From Podarcis tiliguerta (lineage: Eukaryota): a stretch of DNA of 64,000 bases. The translations under genes were made by a program, and so were the position numbers. The first letter of the stretch is position 1, and the number at the start of each line of letters is the position of its first letter. The DNA lies in the NCBI GenBank assembly GCA_965153285.1, contig OZ229116.1. One strand, written 5' to 3'. The notes beneath the pieces are model-generated. The model was not told the origin of the DNA, did not search any database, and saw only the letters and a list, made by a program, of their open reading frames with translations. Shown one piece after another: positions 50,401 through 62,924 of this stretch.

Positions 50401-52676
50401 AGAGGTCATTTCCCCGCATGCAAATTAGATGTGCTGTGGCTGAGCTAAGACCCTTTCAGAAGCCTGTTTCTGACATTGGCCAACCTGCAGTCTGAAGTGG
50501 AACAGCCATTTCAATCAGCGCCAAAGAACACACACTTTCAGGTGACTCATGTCTGATGTTCTGAAGTATGTTGTTTGTTTGTTTACAAAATGCATCCACT
50601 GGGGGAGAGGATCCGGTACTTTAACTAGGGAAGTGGTGCAGGGACTTTCCTCTCCAGCACAATTTTCTAAATCAAAGTTTGGGGGTGGGATGGGGTAAGA
50701 GAGAAATGCAGATGTCTAGTTCACTTCTGTATTTCCCCCCATGGAGTAAATGGCAGCTCAGGGATGGGACAATCTCAATCAAGTAAATTATGGGGCAGGG
50801 AAGGGTTAAACACCCTCAAATCAAATGAGCAGCCCCCATGTATGAATTTTAAGAACAACAACAAATTATGAATCTTTCAAAACTAAGTGTGAACCTGCTT
50901 GATCTTCTGCCTTCCCAACCTGCTCCCCGGTCTTAGCAGTAACCAGTTTGCTTTGCCCGCATGTCCTGGTTGCAGGTTTCCCATGAGCATCTGATTGATG
51001 ACTGTGAGAACAGGATGTTGGACTGGATGGACCATTTGCCTAATCCATCAGCCTTTTCTTATGTTCTTATGACCTAATCCTCAAGAGTTTGTGCTTGGCC
51101 TGAGCTCAGGGATGAAGAGGCAGGCCCCAGCACATCCAGTTGCAGTTCATTCCAGAATGACTAAGTATGACTAAGAGTCAGCAAGGCAAACAGCCACCAC
51201 ATGGACACAGTTGTGAATTACAGTTGTGGCGGCATAGATCTGCATGGTGAATCATTTCACACTTTCAGGCCACCACATGGAGAGTCCTCCATCATTGGTT
51301 ACCTAAAGCAGTCCTTCATAGATTCAAGCTCTGTCACATTTCACCCACAGATCAAAACAGTACACATGTTCTGTGATTGGGGGGGGGGGGACACACACAC
51401 ACAAACTTCTACAAGAGAGAAAGGTATGCCTATAGTGTCTTTTGAATTCATTGATTACAGAGCTCCTTTTCAATAACACTTCCACTTTTTTTTTTAAAAA
51501 AAAAGAACATCCAGATTATATTGCTTTAGGGTTTTTTGTTTTTTTAAAAGCACATTAACATTTAAGACCTGAAGGAACACCAAACTATTTCAATGTACAT
51601 TAATTTACAAGCATGAGATAAAGACTGTAGAAAATAAATGTTCTACTTGCTCTATTAATGACAGTTACTGGATTCTTCTCTGAAGCTCGCTACATGCCAG
51701 GGATGGGCATTCTCCAGAAAACCTAAGGCACCATCAAATCAGCTTATCTCAGGAAATGTTTGAAGATCTAATGGACTGTGTGGTAGCATTTCCCTCTGCC
51801 TTTGCCAGGCTGACTTTATTAGCCCCCCTAATGAAACCTTCAAATAGGAGTTGCGGGAGATGTGGGCAGAGGAATGCACTTCAAAAGCAAGCTCCAGAAC
51901 CTGAAAGACATTCACTTAGCCCTGGCAATAATTGAAATCACACAACAATGCGTCCAGACAATTCTTAGAAGATGATTAAAGTTTATAACTGTACAGAATG
52001 TTTCAGTCCAGTGCCTCATCAATAGGATAAAGTACGATTTAATCTAACTCCCAGATTTTTAGGTATGGTGGATGTTGAGTCTGATAAACCACTTTTAATA
52101 AAGTACCTTTTAACATTCAAGTTCAAACAGAGATGACAGACATTCTCATTTGGAAAGTATTGTTTTGTGTGCGCTCAGAGCAGTGGGATGTTAAGAGTCA
52201 GCCTTACATGGCCCCTGTGCATTTACAGGTAGAAAAATAATAATTGTGAACAAGCAGTGAGTACAGACATGACTATAACCCCATTCCTGGATCAATAGGG
52301 GTCACAACCTAACAAGCTCAGAAGCCCCCAAGTTGAGCCCTTGTTTCAAACATCCCACCAGCTAGATGTCCACTCAGTTTCCTTTCCTTATGAAGTGCTG
52401 TAGTTCACATGCAGATGGTCAGATCAAGAGATTCTGTTAGTTCACAAACCACACTGCTACGTATAGGACTGTCCGATAATTGATCCAAGGCTCCAGTGAA
52501 TCACTAGGTTTTACTCTGATCAGTACACTGCCACAAACAAGTTGCACTTTCAAAGGTATGCATGCGAAATCTACCTGATAATAACTAAATATGAATATAT
52601 GGACTCACAACTCAGACCTGCATGCTTTCTGTACCAATTGCACAATCATAATTCTGTTGTTGAAAATTAGGCACAT

Positions 52677-53045
52677 CAGGTAAAGCCTTGTGGCAGATCT
52701 GGATGCTACCTTTCTTCACATATCTACTCTAGCAACACTGTTGCAGGACCATCAAATGTCACCCACATCATTGGGTGTTCATTTGCAACATAGGGGTTCA
52801 TTCATCTTCTAATATTATATGTGCCATCATCTGCCAGTAATGCACTTCTGTATTCTATATAGGACAAGCTGGGATTTACACAAAAGAATGAATGGACACA
52901 ATTCTGACATCAGAAATGGCAACCTTAAAAAAGGCAGAGGGGAACATTTTAACTCTCCAGGATACACTGTAAATAACACTGAAGTAGCCATATTGAAGCA
53001 AAGGAACTTCAAAGCAAGATTGCACCTGTAAAACTGCAGAATTAC
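52677..53045 (+). mobile_element. Penelope-like element relic, GIY-YIG endonuclease fragment
   Basis: SSNIICAIICQ*CTSVFYIGQ..LHKRMNGHNSDIRNGN..GEHFNSPG..VAILKQRNFK, with stops and frameshifts. Confidence 0.82.
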
Positions 53046-53292
53046 CATAGACATAGACACTATATGAATGCCAGAACTTGGTTAGAGCACCTGCATAAAT
53101 AAATTGTGCCACTGAAGTGGCTTTGGGCAGAATAGAAGGCTTACAAATGTCCCCTTCTACAGCCTCCTACAGACCATAGCTGTAAGGTCATCCAATGAGT
53201 CAATCTTACTTGGAGTTATCAAAACTGAAACTAAGGAAGCAGCACAGAATCAGCACCAGAGTGTTAAGCTTACTAAGGACCATGAATTAAGA

Positions 53293-53517
53293 CAGGGGTA
53301 GGCAACCTAAGGCCCATGGGCCACAAGCAGCCCACAGGGGTCATTTAACCGGTCCCAAACCGAGCCACCCGTGGCACAGCGTGGCGCGGGGACTCGCTTC
53401 TGCGGCACCAGAAATTGCGTCTGTGCAATCACAGACGCCGGAAAACGCAATCTGGCCCATGGAGGGATCTCTGCTGGAGTGAACTGGCCCAGGCAAGGCA
53501 AACCTTACCGACCCCTG
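53293..53517. mobile_element. hAT MITE
   Basis: TIRs CAGGGGT.GG.AA; 8-bp TSD aattaaga/aattagga. Confidence 0.8.
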
Positions 53518-53617
53518 AATTAGGACAATTAGTTGAGAATCATGGCATAGCACAGGTCACACTTTGGATTGCCAGCATTTTCTAGGGTAGTCATTGCTTC
53601 TCTTTTGCAACCTAGAG

Positions 53618-53909
53618 CAGTGGTTCCCAATTAGCTGATTACTAAGGACCCCCTATTTCTCAAAAGCCAAGCCACGGACTCCCTACTTTTGAAAATTTTG
53701 ATAACTCTACGGTAGTCACCTGTGCAAAGCAATGTTTTGAAGAAAATGTGGGGTGGCCCCTAATAAGCATACTAAAAAGCAGGCCATGAAATTTGTGATA
53801 TTACCACAAATTGCCTACCCCAGACAGTAGGAAAAACTTGTCTCCATTGCTCCACTGCAGCTGAATAAATAAAAAGCAATTGTGTCCCTAATTACGTTTT
53901 GAACCACTG
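53618..53909. mobile_element. hAT (Charlie-like) MITE
   Basis: CAGTGGTTC...GAACCACTG; perfect 8-bp TSD acctagag. Confidence 0.85.
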
Positions 53910-54790
53910 ACCTAGAGTATTCACAACCGGGGACTCTCTCTTTTGCAGCGTTCCTGATCACACAGAGAGAGCAATGTCTGCCGGCTCGTTTACATTGTCA
54001 GCTGAACACAGGAAGGTGAGGGTAATAACCAGGACTCTTGATCCTCCTCTGCTTTCCAGTTTTTCCTCTGGTTAGTAGAGTAGGAATAGGTCACAGTGGT
54101 CAGTGTGTATCAGCAAGAATGTGAAGATTTGGACTCAAATCTCTGTGAAGCTCACTACATGTCCCTGAGCCAGCCCCTAGCTCACAGTCTCACAGGTCTA
54201 GCTTCTGCTTGGTTATTTTTGTCATTTTCTGACTTTCTCTATGCAAATCTGACACAAGCAATAGTAAAACTTGACAGCCTTCTTATCACCTCATTCACTT
54301 GCCAGAGCAAAGAGGCAATTACCTCTTTGGTGCTTCAACAGATGGCATCTTATCTCCTACTACGGAAAAAAATTGTGGAGCAGCACTTCCCTGCATTTCC
54401 CCTCCATTGCACCACTGCCTATAAACAGTTCTATTTTATTTACAGTTTAATTTACTTTAATTTGCATTTTGCAGCATGCATATAATATTTTGAATGTATA
54501 ATACCTGCTTATGCAGGTGTGTACAGGAGGCCTCTTCCATTAATCACTTTAATTACATAAATGTAATTTAAAATCAAATACTCATTTGCATATATGTATG
54601 TGCAGGGATAAAAGCAATACATTATTCAAGAAACAGACACACCTTTCAAATTCCAAAGTTTTCTTTATAAAAAAGGGTTGCCAATAATTTTCAAGACATA
54701 TAGTAGCATCTGCCCTGAATTCTAAGACTGAATAGTATTTTCCATATTGATCATTCTATTTCAGTGTGATAAAAATAAAGTTGCCTTTTC

Positions 54791-54791
<1 letters not shown>

Positions 54792-54826
<35 letters not shown>
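54792..54826. repeat. (CA)n microsatellite
   Basis: Read directly from the sequence. Confidence 0.95.
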
Positions 54827-54828
<2 letters not shown>

Positions 54829-55453
54829 GGGGGGAAATAGCAGGGTTAGCCGTCTACACAGGTATTCCCAGTTCAAATTTGTGCTAGAAGGCTTTCGTGT
54901 TGCGTTCCCAGTGGGCAGAAAAACTATCAAGAACAGCAATGAAGCAACACTTTCTGTCAGGCTGCAGTGCCTAATGAGTTTCAGAGCCTGCCTTTGTAGG
55001 TCATATGTAACCCGGTGTGATCCTTTACACTACTTTAGAATGTCACAACTTATAAACTTAGAAGATGTCATTCCCCCATGCTGGGTTTACAGCAGTGATT
55101 TCAAGCCCCACTGTTGTTCTCCCAACTGGAGCTGGACTCCACTATACTACCGCAGTCCTATAATTCAAAGAAATGCTGTTAGTCGCAGACAAACACCAGA
55201 GGTGATCCAGTTCTCTAACAGAGGCTATTACCATGAATCAACACGGCCAACAGGCTCTCCTGGAATTCAAAGTAATTTTGCGGGCGATAAGTTCTACAGC
55301 GAGGTTTACCAGAAGGGATTGGAGTTGTCACAACATTTACATTATTCTCTGGCCCGTATTTATCTTCGTTTAAATTTATTTCGGGGAAGGCGAATGTGAA
55401 AGTTAACATTACAAAGGCAGAATGTTTGCTTCCTCCCCCTTGCCTAGAGATGA

Positions 55454-55509
55454 TGATAGATAGATAGATAGATAGATAGATGGATAGATAGATAGATAGA
55501 TAGATAGAT
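55454..55509. repeat. (GATA)n microsatellite
   Basis: Read directly from the sequence. Confidence 0.95.
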
Positions 55510-58500
55510 GTTTACGGAGTCAAATAATAATGGTGTCAGACTTTGCCACCCTGGTGCCCCGGGGCTGATGGGAATTGTAGTGCAAAACATCTACAGAGCA
55601 TCAGGTTGCAAAGCTGGTCTATGCGACACTAACACTTCACTGGCTAATTGCAGATGAAATATATCTACAAAGTCTAGGCAATTGTCCTGTTTCTTACCAT
55701 GCTTTTCATATAAGCCATTTAATTTATTTAGCAGAATGTTTAATTATATGAGTTTATTGCATTTTCCTAAATATTGATATCCTTGATTCCTGTGAAGCAC
55801 AAAAGTGAACATCCAGAGGCTTACATCTTGACTTTAAAAACATTCCTCTGGGTATCTCACCAGAGTTGCAAATAAAACTGCCAGAACAGCTACGTCATGA
55901 ATGATCTATGGACTCACTAAAAGGTAGAATTTTGGGTTGAGATAAAACAACATATTTTCTGTTTTCATTCTTGCCAAACTCTATAGGGTATATTAGTCCT
56001 TCTGTTTTGCAGATAAATCAAAGAGATGAAATCCTCTGTTAAGAAACACTATGGAATATTTTAAAGAAGAAAATATATCTCTGGTTATTTCCCCCTAAGA
56101 TCACTTTTTTTTTTTTGACAGTGCAAGACTGCAGAAGGATTCTACAAGTATTTACACAGTATTTTGAGTGCATACATAAGCTAAGCAGGACTTAGATCTT
56201 CTCAATAGAGTTATTCATAGTCATCTATTTCCCCCCTCTTTGTTGGACTTGTCCATGATGCATGAATAAGCTTCACTGTGGCATTTCCAGCTGTGGCCTT
56301 ATGCACAACAGTTATTTTATAAAGCTATTTGGGCTGTACAACATATCACATATTCAAATCCATTTTCTCTTTAAGCTGATACATAATGAAAAGCTATTTC
56401 CATTTCCATATATAGCCCCAAACATTAAAAACACCACTTAATAACTGCTTCCTATCTGTCTTTTCTCTAACCTGATTGGGCTGTCTGTCAAAAGACACTA
56501 ACAGGTCCTCATAGGCTTATAGGGATAAGCTGTGCCTTGTTTTTGTACCATACTGATTTGAGTGTTACAGATTTTGGCAGAAACCAAAATCTGAGTCTGA
56601 GTTTTCTATCTACCCAGAGCCAGGAGACTAACTGAATGAAATGCCTGAAGTAAATACTTTGTTGTTCCCATAGCCAAAGGGCAGCATCCAATGAATCTGC
56701 CTGCTTGGCCAATGGGACATCTGGTTTTCTCTTCTGCCCTTTCTCCCACCTCTACAGTGGATTTGGGTTATGCATGGGGGGTGGGGGGCTGCAGGGGGAG
56801 ACGAGGAAGGAGGAACCCCAGGCCTCAAGCAGATGCCTGTTTGTGGTATGCTGGATTTCAGATGGATCGCTCCCAAAGTTCTTTCCCCATATTCTTTTGC
56901 AACTCAAACATAACTAACATATACTTCAAAGGAGAGTAACAAATTGCTTTCAGAGGATGTAAATCTTAAAAGGCCCTTTCAGATTCAATGATGACCTGAA
57001 ATAACTACAGCTCTTAAACATCTTGTGGCTTTTGTGTTTCATATTCAAAGCAGTATTTTATCTATGCAAATAATAATTAATACTTCACAGGGAAAATGGA
57101 TACAGTTAACAAAAGAGCTTCCGGGCTTTAGCCTGGATGCAGTGCTGGAATTCAGTCCCTGTGTGCAATGGACATTGGAAATGAGGGTAATCTTGATCCA
57201 GGGGAGATCACCATGGCTGAGACTGAGATTGCTCATTCGTTTACCTGTTGCTCTTTCTAAATACAGATGCTCTGCACTCAAGCTCTGAAAAGGGGGAATA
57301 GGCCTAGAACTAAAATAAAAATACAAAAGAGGTAGGGAAAGAAAACAAACATACAGAAAGCCAAATGACTGTGGCAACCATAATACAAGTTTACACAAAT
57401 TTCAATAGCTGCCCTAGTGCAGGGAGAACAGGAGTAATATTTTCCCAATGACAAAATATTATGGATTGTTGCACCTTGCACCTTAGTTTATAGAAATATA
57501 TTCAGTTCCCTTGTACAGGAAACAAGCTGCTGGAGAGGCCTGAAGGGGTTTTTGGCTTTTTCTTAATAGCAAATTCTAAGTATGCTATTTGCCAGGTGTA
57601 GGGGGTGTTAGGGGAGGGGTAATTCCTCTGGTGGGGAGCACGTTGTGTTTCTTCTGGGGTAGTTTGTCCACCTTTGGTTCCCATCCTACATTCAGCACTC
57701 AGCTGTGGCTTCTAGAAGCTGTCAGCATGTGACAGTGGCCACACACCGGTGACAACTTCAAATGGCCAGCAAAACCAGGTCTCAAACCCTTGGTGAGTTA
57801 GGGACCTCCCCCTGCATGCAAAGACAGGCTCCAGCAGATTAAGCAGATGAGACCAATAGTGGTTCCAATGGTCAAGAAAGGTGGTTTCTGAACATGCTGC
57901 AGAAGAAAGTGAGGGGCAGATGGGGCTTGCCTAGGAGAGGGAGTTTAGCACAACCAAACACTGATGAGTGGAAATGGCGGGGGGGGGGGGAGAGAATTTG
58001 GAACACCTCAGTTCGCTAGGCTAGAGAAAGATCAAAGTGGCCTTTGAAATATTCAGTATTTGTGAATTAAACCAGAGAATATCATTGTGTAGAGGTAAGG
58101 ATGATAGCATAAAAGGACACCAAAAAGTAATTGCATAGAGAAAAGGTTACCCTGTTTCTCTCAAAGGAACTCTCAAGGAACTTTTGATCAAACATTGCAT
58201 CACTGAAATGTTAATACAACATCACTATGATGTGCTAATAAGCAGCTTCAAGATCAAGGGAAACACAAAAGGAGTATCAGAACAAGGATTTTGGACACAA
58301 AGAGTGAGCGAATGGCTGTCTGGTCTGACAGAGAGTGTATCAGTGTATAAGCTATGACAGGAATTGAAAGATAAATAGGAAAAAGAGAGAGAAAGAATGC
58401 TGTTGCCCATTATGATGGTCTCCAAGTGATGGGAGAGAATGAATGGGATTGACTTACACCAAATGCATAGTGGGTAGCTATGCCTTCGGGCTTTCCCCCT

Positions 58501-58554
58501 TTTAATTAATCACACATGCAAATAACCTATAGCTTTTGTTTAAATGTGCTAGAT

Positions 58555-58675
58555 AGGGATGGAGAAGCTGTGGCCCTCCAGATGTTGTTAGACTCCAGCT
58601 TCCATCAGCCCCAATGACCAAGGGTGATGGGTTTTGTAGTCTAAAAGCATCTGGAGGACCGGAGGTTCCCCACTC
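58555..58675. repeat. Member of an abundant ~120-bp hairpin repeat family (GATGTT..GGACTACAACTCCCATCAGCCC); other copies near 150, 10020, 23600, 27670, 47050, 55550, 61400 and 63300
   Basis: Recurrent quasi-palindromic motif across the window. Confidence 0.6.
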
Positions 58676-60201
58676 CAGCTATATACAATGCTTATGGTGT
58701 TCTCTTTCTTCTTGAATTTTCAGTCCTCACCTTATTGCAAAGGCTGCCTTTGGGGCCTGTCTGGAGAATAGAACATTATGAAATCAGTATCCTAAGAAAG
58801 CAGCATCAGCCTCCTTTCACAAACAAGGAATTGGGAGGTATTTGTGCATGCAGGGATCCTGGCTTTTATACATTCCACTGTATTTAGCTGGATGCAGATG
58901 GTTTACAGAAGCTCTTACCATGATGAATGAAAGGTGAGACAGGAAACCTCTGATTTTGCAAGTGCTCACATATTCTTTCACTTCAGACTTTTGAACAATA
59001 CAGCAAATCAGAAATTGGAGTGAGTTGGGGGGATGTATAAACCTACTCAAGAATTGCACTGAAAGAATTTGAGGGAAGGTGCTGTTTAATTTCAATCATT
59101 CCAAGCTATTCATTTGTCCTTTAATAAAGTCTGCTCAATTCCTATCTGGGTTGGATTTCAGACATTAATGAGTCTGGCCATTACATATATGGGAGACTGC
59201 CAAAGAAAATCTAAAGTGGTTTCACTTATTCAATAGCTGTTGCTCTTTTCCCTGCATTACCCACCGGCTCTCTAACACCAGTAATTAACACAACTCTTGT
59301 AGAAAATTAAAGGGTGGACTTCAATGTCGCGCTGTGATAAATGTTCCGTCTGTGAAAGCATTGCAGCTTGCCAGACAGAATGATCCACCCTCTCCTCCCC
59401 CTGCATGGTGCTGGTTCTCCTGACTCCCCCAGGGCCAATTTGGGGGGTGCAAGGGGAGCGGGGGGGGGGGAAGCCTCATTGCACAAGCAAGAAACCCTAG
59501 TGCAGGGCTTCTGTAAACAGGGATCATTGGGTGACTCCCATCCAAAGGCATTAAGATGCTCATGCCTAACTCTTGTGGTCCTTATAGAAGGATACTCTGA
59601 CTAATTTTTTGACTTAATTCCATCTTGGAAAATTAACTGGCTTTGATTTCCACTTCAATTGATTTCCTGTATTCAACAGTTTTGAGCTACAGCAACCCCT
59701 TGCAGTGAATGCCGGAAGCAGCTTCTGTTTGGAGCCGTCTCTGACAGGTTATATTTCTGTGGCATTGCAGGAGCTTTAATGAGAAGAATTGGAACAGAAA
59801 AGATCTGTGCTATGAAATAATAGCATGGTTACATAGATATGATTAGAAATATTAAGAGTGACACACAATGGCAAAGATCTATGAATAAAATCTTACACAG
59901 ACAAACAAAATCTACCGTTATTAGTCTGGGTTGGCTTGTCTAAAGATTTTACTTGAAGGGATTGCCTTTCCCCTGTATGCACTTACTCAGTGGCTTCATC
60001 CTGCACAGCCTACTACAAAATGCTCACTCTGCATTTGCAAGGACTTAGTCCTTCAGTGTGGCATCACCTACAACAGCCTGCTGCCCACCCAACAGATGCA
60101 GACAGAAGAGCTTAAGCGTGACTAAGAAAAAAGCTATTTACACTGGCAAGTAATGGTAAGGCTTGGCAGGAGACACAGAGTTCAGGAGTCATGATTCAGG
60201 A

Positions 60202-60383
60202 CAGAGGCAGATTTAGGGAACTGCAAGCAGTTCCGCTGAACTGGGTGCTGAGCCTAGAAGGCGCTGCATGACATCACAACTATGATGTAGTGAATTGAGC
60301 AGAATGGAAGGGAAGAGGTAGGGACGCAGAATTTTGGCCTTGCACAGGGTGTCACTGAAATTTGAAATACCAAAGTCTACCCA
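60202..60383. mobile_element. hAT (Tip100-like) MITE; second copy at ~48253-48441
   Basis: 8-bp TSD attcagga; clear homology between the two copies. Confidence 0.75.
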
Positions 60384-60839
60384 ATTCAGGAGTTCAGGAA
60401 TCAGGAAAGGTGTTCAGAACAGGATAGGAGCAATGAAGGCTGGGACATGCCCCACTAGCTAAACTTTTAAAGAGGCATTGTATGCTCACTTGTGGGACTC
60501 GTTTGCTTTGTGAGGCTGTCAGGATTGCAACTGTGTGCTCCTCTGTGGATGGCACTTAGCTCTAGGCAATAACAGTACATCCTTCTGTTCAGGATCCTGA
60601 TTGCATGTCACAGCCTCCTGAGTTGTATCCTCTCTCAGCTGCCCACAGCCCTCCCCAATTCCACTGAAACTCTCTGCTTTGCCAGGAGGAAGAACTGGCA
60701 CCCCCGCTTCCCCTTTCAAATTGGGTGAAGCTGAAGCACATTGGGAAGAGCCTCCCTCCTAAGGTTCCAGTTTCAACCAAGCAGGAGCCCCTCTGTTTCT
60801 TCCCAGTCCTGACAATGCTGTGGGGCTCATGGCTCATGG

Positions 60840-61095
60840 AACTCCCTGTCCATTGATATTAAGCAGGTGCCTTCACTGTATTGTTTTTGGCACCTGCTAA
60901 AACCTTTTTGTTTTGGCAAGTCTTGCCAGACTTAATAATAGGATTCTATTATGTACATTTGTTTTAAACTACTGATCTTATTTGCATTTTGATAAATGTT
61001 ATGCCAATTTGTTTTTAATGTTTTATTTTATTGGTATTTCATATTGTTTTATGTACACCACTTAGAGGTTTGGTGATTAGGTGGTATTTAATATT
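60840..61095 (+). mobile_element. L2-type LINE 3' end
   Basis: LKTFLF-like end, T-rich UTR, (AATA)n tail. Confidence 0.55.
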
Positions 61096-61155
61096 GCCAA
61101 ATAAATAAAATAAACACATGACCTATATGATATAGAAATGGTTAGATTTTATATA

Positions 61156-61388
61156 CATTGGTACCTTGGGTTACATATGCTTCAGGTTACAGACTCTGCT
61201 AACCCAGAAATATTACCTTGGGTTAAGAACTTTGCTTCAGGATGAGAACAGAAATCGTGCTCTGGCGGCGCAGCGGCAGCAGCCAGCCCCCATTAGCTAA
61301 AGTGGTGCTTCAGGTTAAGAACAGTTTCAGGTTAAGAACGGACCTCTGGAATGAATTAAGTACTGGTACTTAACCAAAGGTACCACTG
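61156..61388. mobile_element. Tigger/pogo-like MITE, same family as 18140-18365, opposite orientation
   Basis: Reverse-complement homology, TIRs, TA TSD. Confidence 0.85.
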
Positions 61389-62104
61389 TAGTGGGTTGCC
61401 AATGTAGTGACCTCTAGATGCTGTTGGACTACAGTTCCCATGAGCCCCAGCTGGCAGGAGCAGTGGTGAGGGAAGATGGGAACTATAGTCCAACAACATC
61501 AGGAGGACTATAATCGGTCTCTGTCAGCAAAGATGGAATGAAGGTGTGGACTGAAAGACACACTTGGGTAAAGTGAAGACACTTCAGCTCTTACAAGGTG
61601 AGGCTTAGCAATCTCACTAATTCTCACTGTTCCAATGAACTGTTGATCAGTCCGGAAAGGAAGAAGGGAATGTAAAAGAGAGAAATGCTCATTTTTTGAG
61701 CAGAACATGGTGTGCCATTCTTAGGATCCGAGCCAATTGCTTTTCTAGCTCTTTTTATTTATAATGCTCACAACCTTAATTGACTACTGAGGTTACTATG
61801 TGACAGAAGTTACATTTCGTTGTTAAACAGATTTCAAGCTGTTCTGGGGGGGGAGAAGGGGGGGAGAATTTTGGTTTGGTAAACACAACAACTATCATTT
61901 TGTCTGTTTTTTTTAAAAAAATAAACATTATTAATTTTTTTCCATCACCACAACCAGGCAGGATTTTCTTAAAGGAGAAAAGACACTACCAAACACCACC
62001 ATTTTGTTGGAAGAGTGACAGTTCACATATGATAATAACAACAAGTCATTTGAAGACAATGTAAAGATGGGATTGTTACAGGGAAGTATGCCTTTGGATG
62101 GACT

Positions 62105-62138
62105 GCGCGCGCGCGCGCGCGCACACACACACACACAC
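62105..62138. repeat. (GC)n(AC)n alternating purine-pyrimidine tract
   Basis: Read directly from the sequence. Confidence 0.9.
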
Positions 62139-62728
62139 AAAACATGGCTCGTGGAAAGCATCCCCCCCCCAGACCTCATCTATGGCAATTATTCTTTGTG
62201 ACACATGGGTTGTGAGGGTTTTTTTCTGTTTGTGTTTGGGGCACAAAGTGGTACAAATCCTCTTATTGATAGTTTAATTATTGCTTCTTACTGTGGGAGC
62301 CCATTCCATTACTAGCACTTTTAAGCCGTACATCTAATGCATTATAACAAGTGCACCAGTGTTTGGTGGTGGTGTTTTTTAACCAGCACTTTCATTATTC
62401 ATTTATATGCCACCAGCTGGCAGCGATTAAAACTTAAGCATGAAAGCATAGTTCAGAATTAATGCTCCACAAGTAACCCCATTGGCCCAGAGATTGTTAC
62501 TTAAAAGCACAATGTTTATAATACCAAAATTGATGGCAAAAAGCTCAGTCTTGTTCTACTGCCGAGCTTGTACTTACCCATCTTTGGCTGCTTATGCTCT
62601 GGAAACTGGTGCGAGATAGCTGACACTGTGTTGATTTCTATTTTCTTTTGAAGAACAACATGGTATTTTATAATGGGAGGAAAGGGCAGGGTGCAACTGT
62701 GAGACAAACAATGTAACTTTAAAAACTG

Positions 62729-62924
62729 TATTAGGGCAACGCCTTTATTAGGCAAACCAAAGTATCACCAAATAGTATGCAAGCTTTTGAGTACTCCAAA
62801 ATTCTTTATCATGGTAAAGTGTAAATAGTGTAATCTAGGCTGATGAAGAGTTGTGGGGAACTTGAAAGCTTGCACACTATTTGGTGATATTTTGGTTGGC
62901 CTAATTAAAGGGATTGTCCTAATA
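62729..62924. repeat. Inverted repeat (~85-bp arms, ~28-nt spacer) of Penelope pLTR-type sequence with hammerhead core motifs
   Basis: 62729-62811 is the approximate reverse complement of 62840-62924; CTGATGA at 62840-62846, GAAA at 62864-62867. Confidence 0.8.

Noticed and set aside
54881-55399. 172-aa ORF
   Set aside because: Non-ATG start and no recognisable homology.
62578-62640. Possible extra NKAIN3 exon (good gtaagt donor on - strand)
   Set aside because: Purine-rich acceptor region and no NKAIN-like peptide.
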